In this document: piece by piece, positions 63,740-64,000 of the stretch
Layout: every line of letters begins with the position of its first letter
How positions within the stretch are numbered: position 1 is the stretch's first letter
Assembly: GCF_054482525.1 (NCBI RefSeq)
Contig: NZ_CM137006.1
Length of the DNA stretch: 64,000 bases
Direction: 5' to 3' (one strand)
The notes under the pieces: generated by a model
The model's input: the letters and a program-made list of their open reading frames with translations, nothing else
Databases searched by the model: none
What the model was told of the DNA's origin: nothing
Translations under genes and position numbers: made by a program

Positions 63740-64000
63740 GTATTCGTATTGAAATTGGCGAACGTTATGTCGTTACCAGTGACAGCTTTCAGTTTATTCT
63801 CCACGAGAAAAAGAGAGCGGAAAGCGGTAAAAACGCCGGTCAGGAATGGCTGTCGGTGGTTGGTTATTACCCGAAATTAAGCCAGCTCGTTTCCGGCCTG
63901 ATGCATCACGATATTCTGACCGGAAGCGCAAAGTCTTTTGCTGATTTAAACGTGCAGGTTGAGCAACTCAGCAAGCGTTGTTCAGAGGCTTTTGGCTCAT
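63736..64000 (+). CDS. P2 orf83-like protein, 3' end outside the window
   Basis: Hand-translated from ATG at 63736 (MSIRIEIGERYVV...); no stop before the window end. Confidence 0.5.
   Translation, partial: MSIRIEIGERYVVTSDSFQFILHEKKRAESGKNAGQEWLSVVGYYPKLSQLVSGLMHHDILTGSAKSFADLNVQVEQLSKRCSEAFGS

Larger units (their letters stand above)
60316..64000. mobile_element. P2-like prophage, left arm (int, C, cox, orf78, B, orf80-83); continues beyond the window
   Basis: Gene order and protein lengths match the P2 early region; att core next to int. Confidence 0.85.

Overview
This window is Escherichia coli chromosome, in reverse orientation relative to K-12, running from bglX through the osmF-yehYXW transporter, mlrA, btsSR, the yehLMPQ cluster, yehI/molR, metG, mrp, the yehABCD fimbrial operon and rcnBAR, then thiMD, yegXWVUT, fbaB, the gat operon, yegS and yegR. 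Gene identities come from reading the ORF translations and from recalled synteny; no database search was run. Three accessory insertions stand out against K-12. (1) A roughly 7.9 kb low-GC integrative island (36143-44104) sits inside the thiM TPP-riboswitch leader, bounded by 82-bp perfect direct repeats. It carries a tyrosine integrase, a McrA-like HNH nuclease with an unrecognised N-terminal domain (a candidate type IV restriction enzyme), a lipoprotein, an XRE-family protein, a serine recombinase, a 5-unit iteron array, and a strong-RBS operon whose largest protein ends in an SSB-like DDFDIPF tail. This is the best candidate for an undescribed system. (2) A tandemly duplicated zorO-orzO type I toxin-antitoxin locus lies between yehL and yehI. 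(3) The left end of a P2-like prophage begins at the 27-bp P2 att core next to yegR and runs off the window. molR is intact here, whereas it is a pseudogene in K-12.
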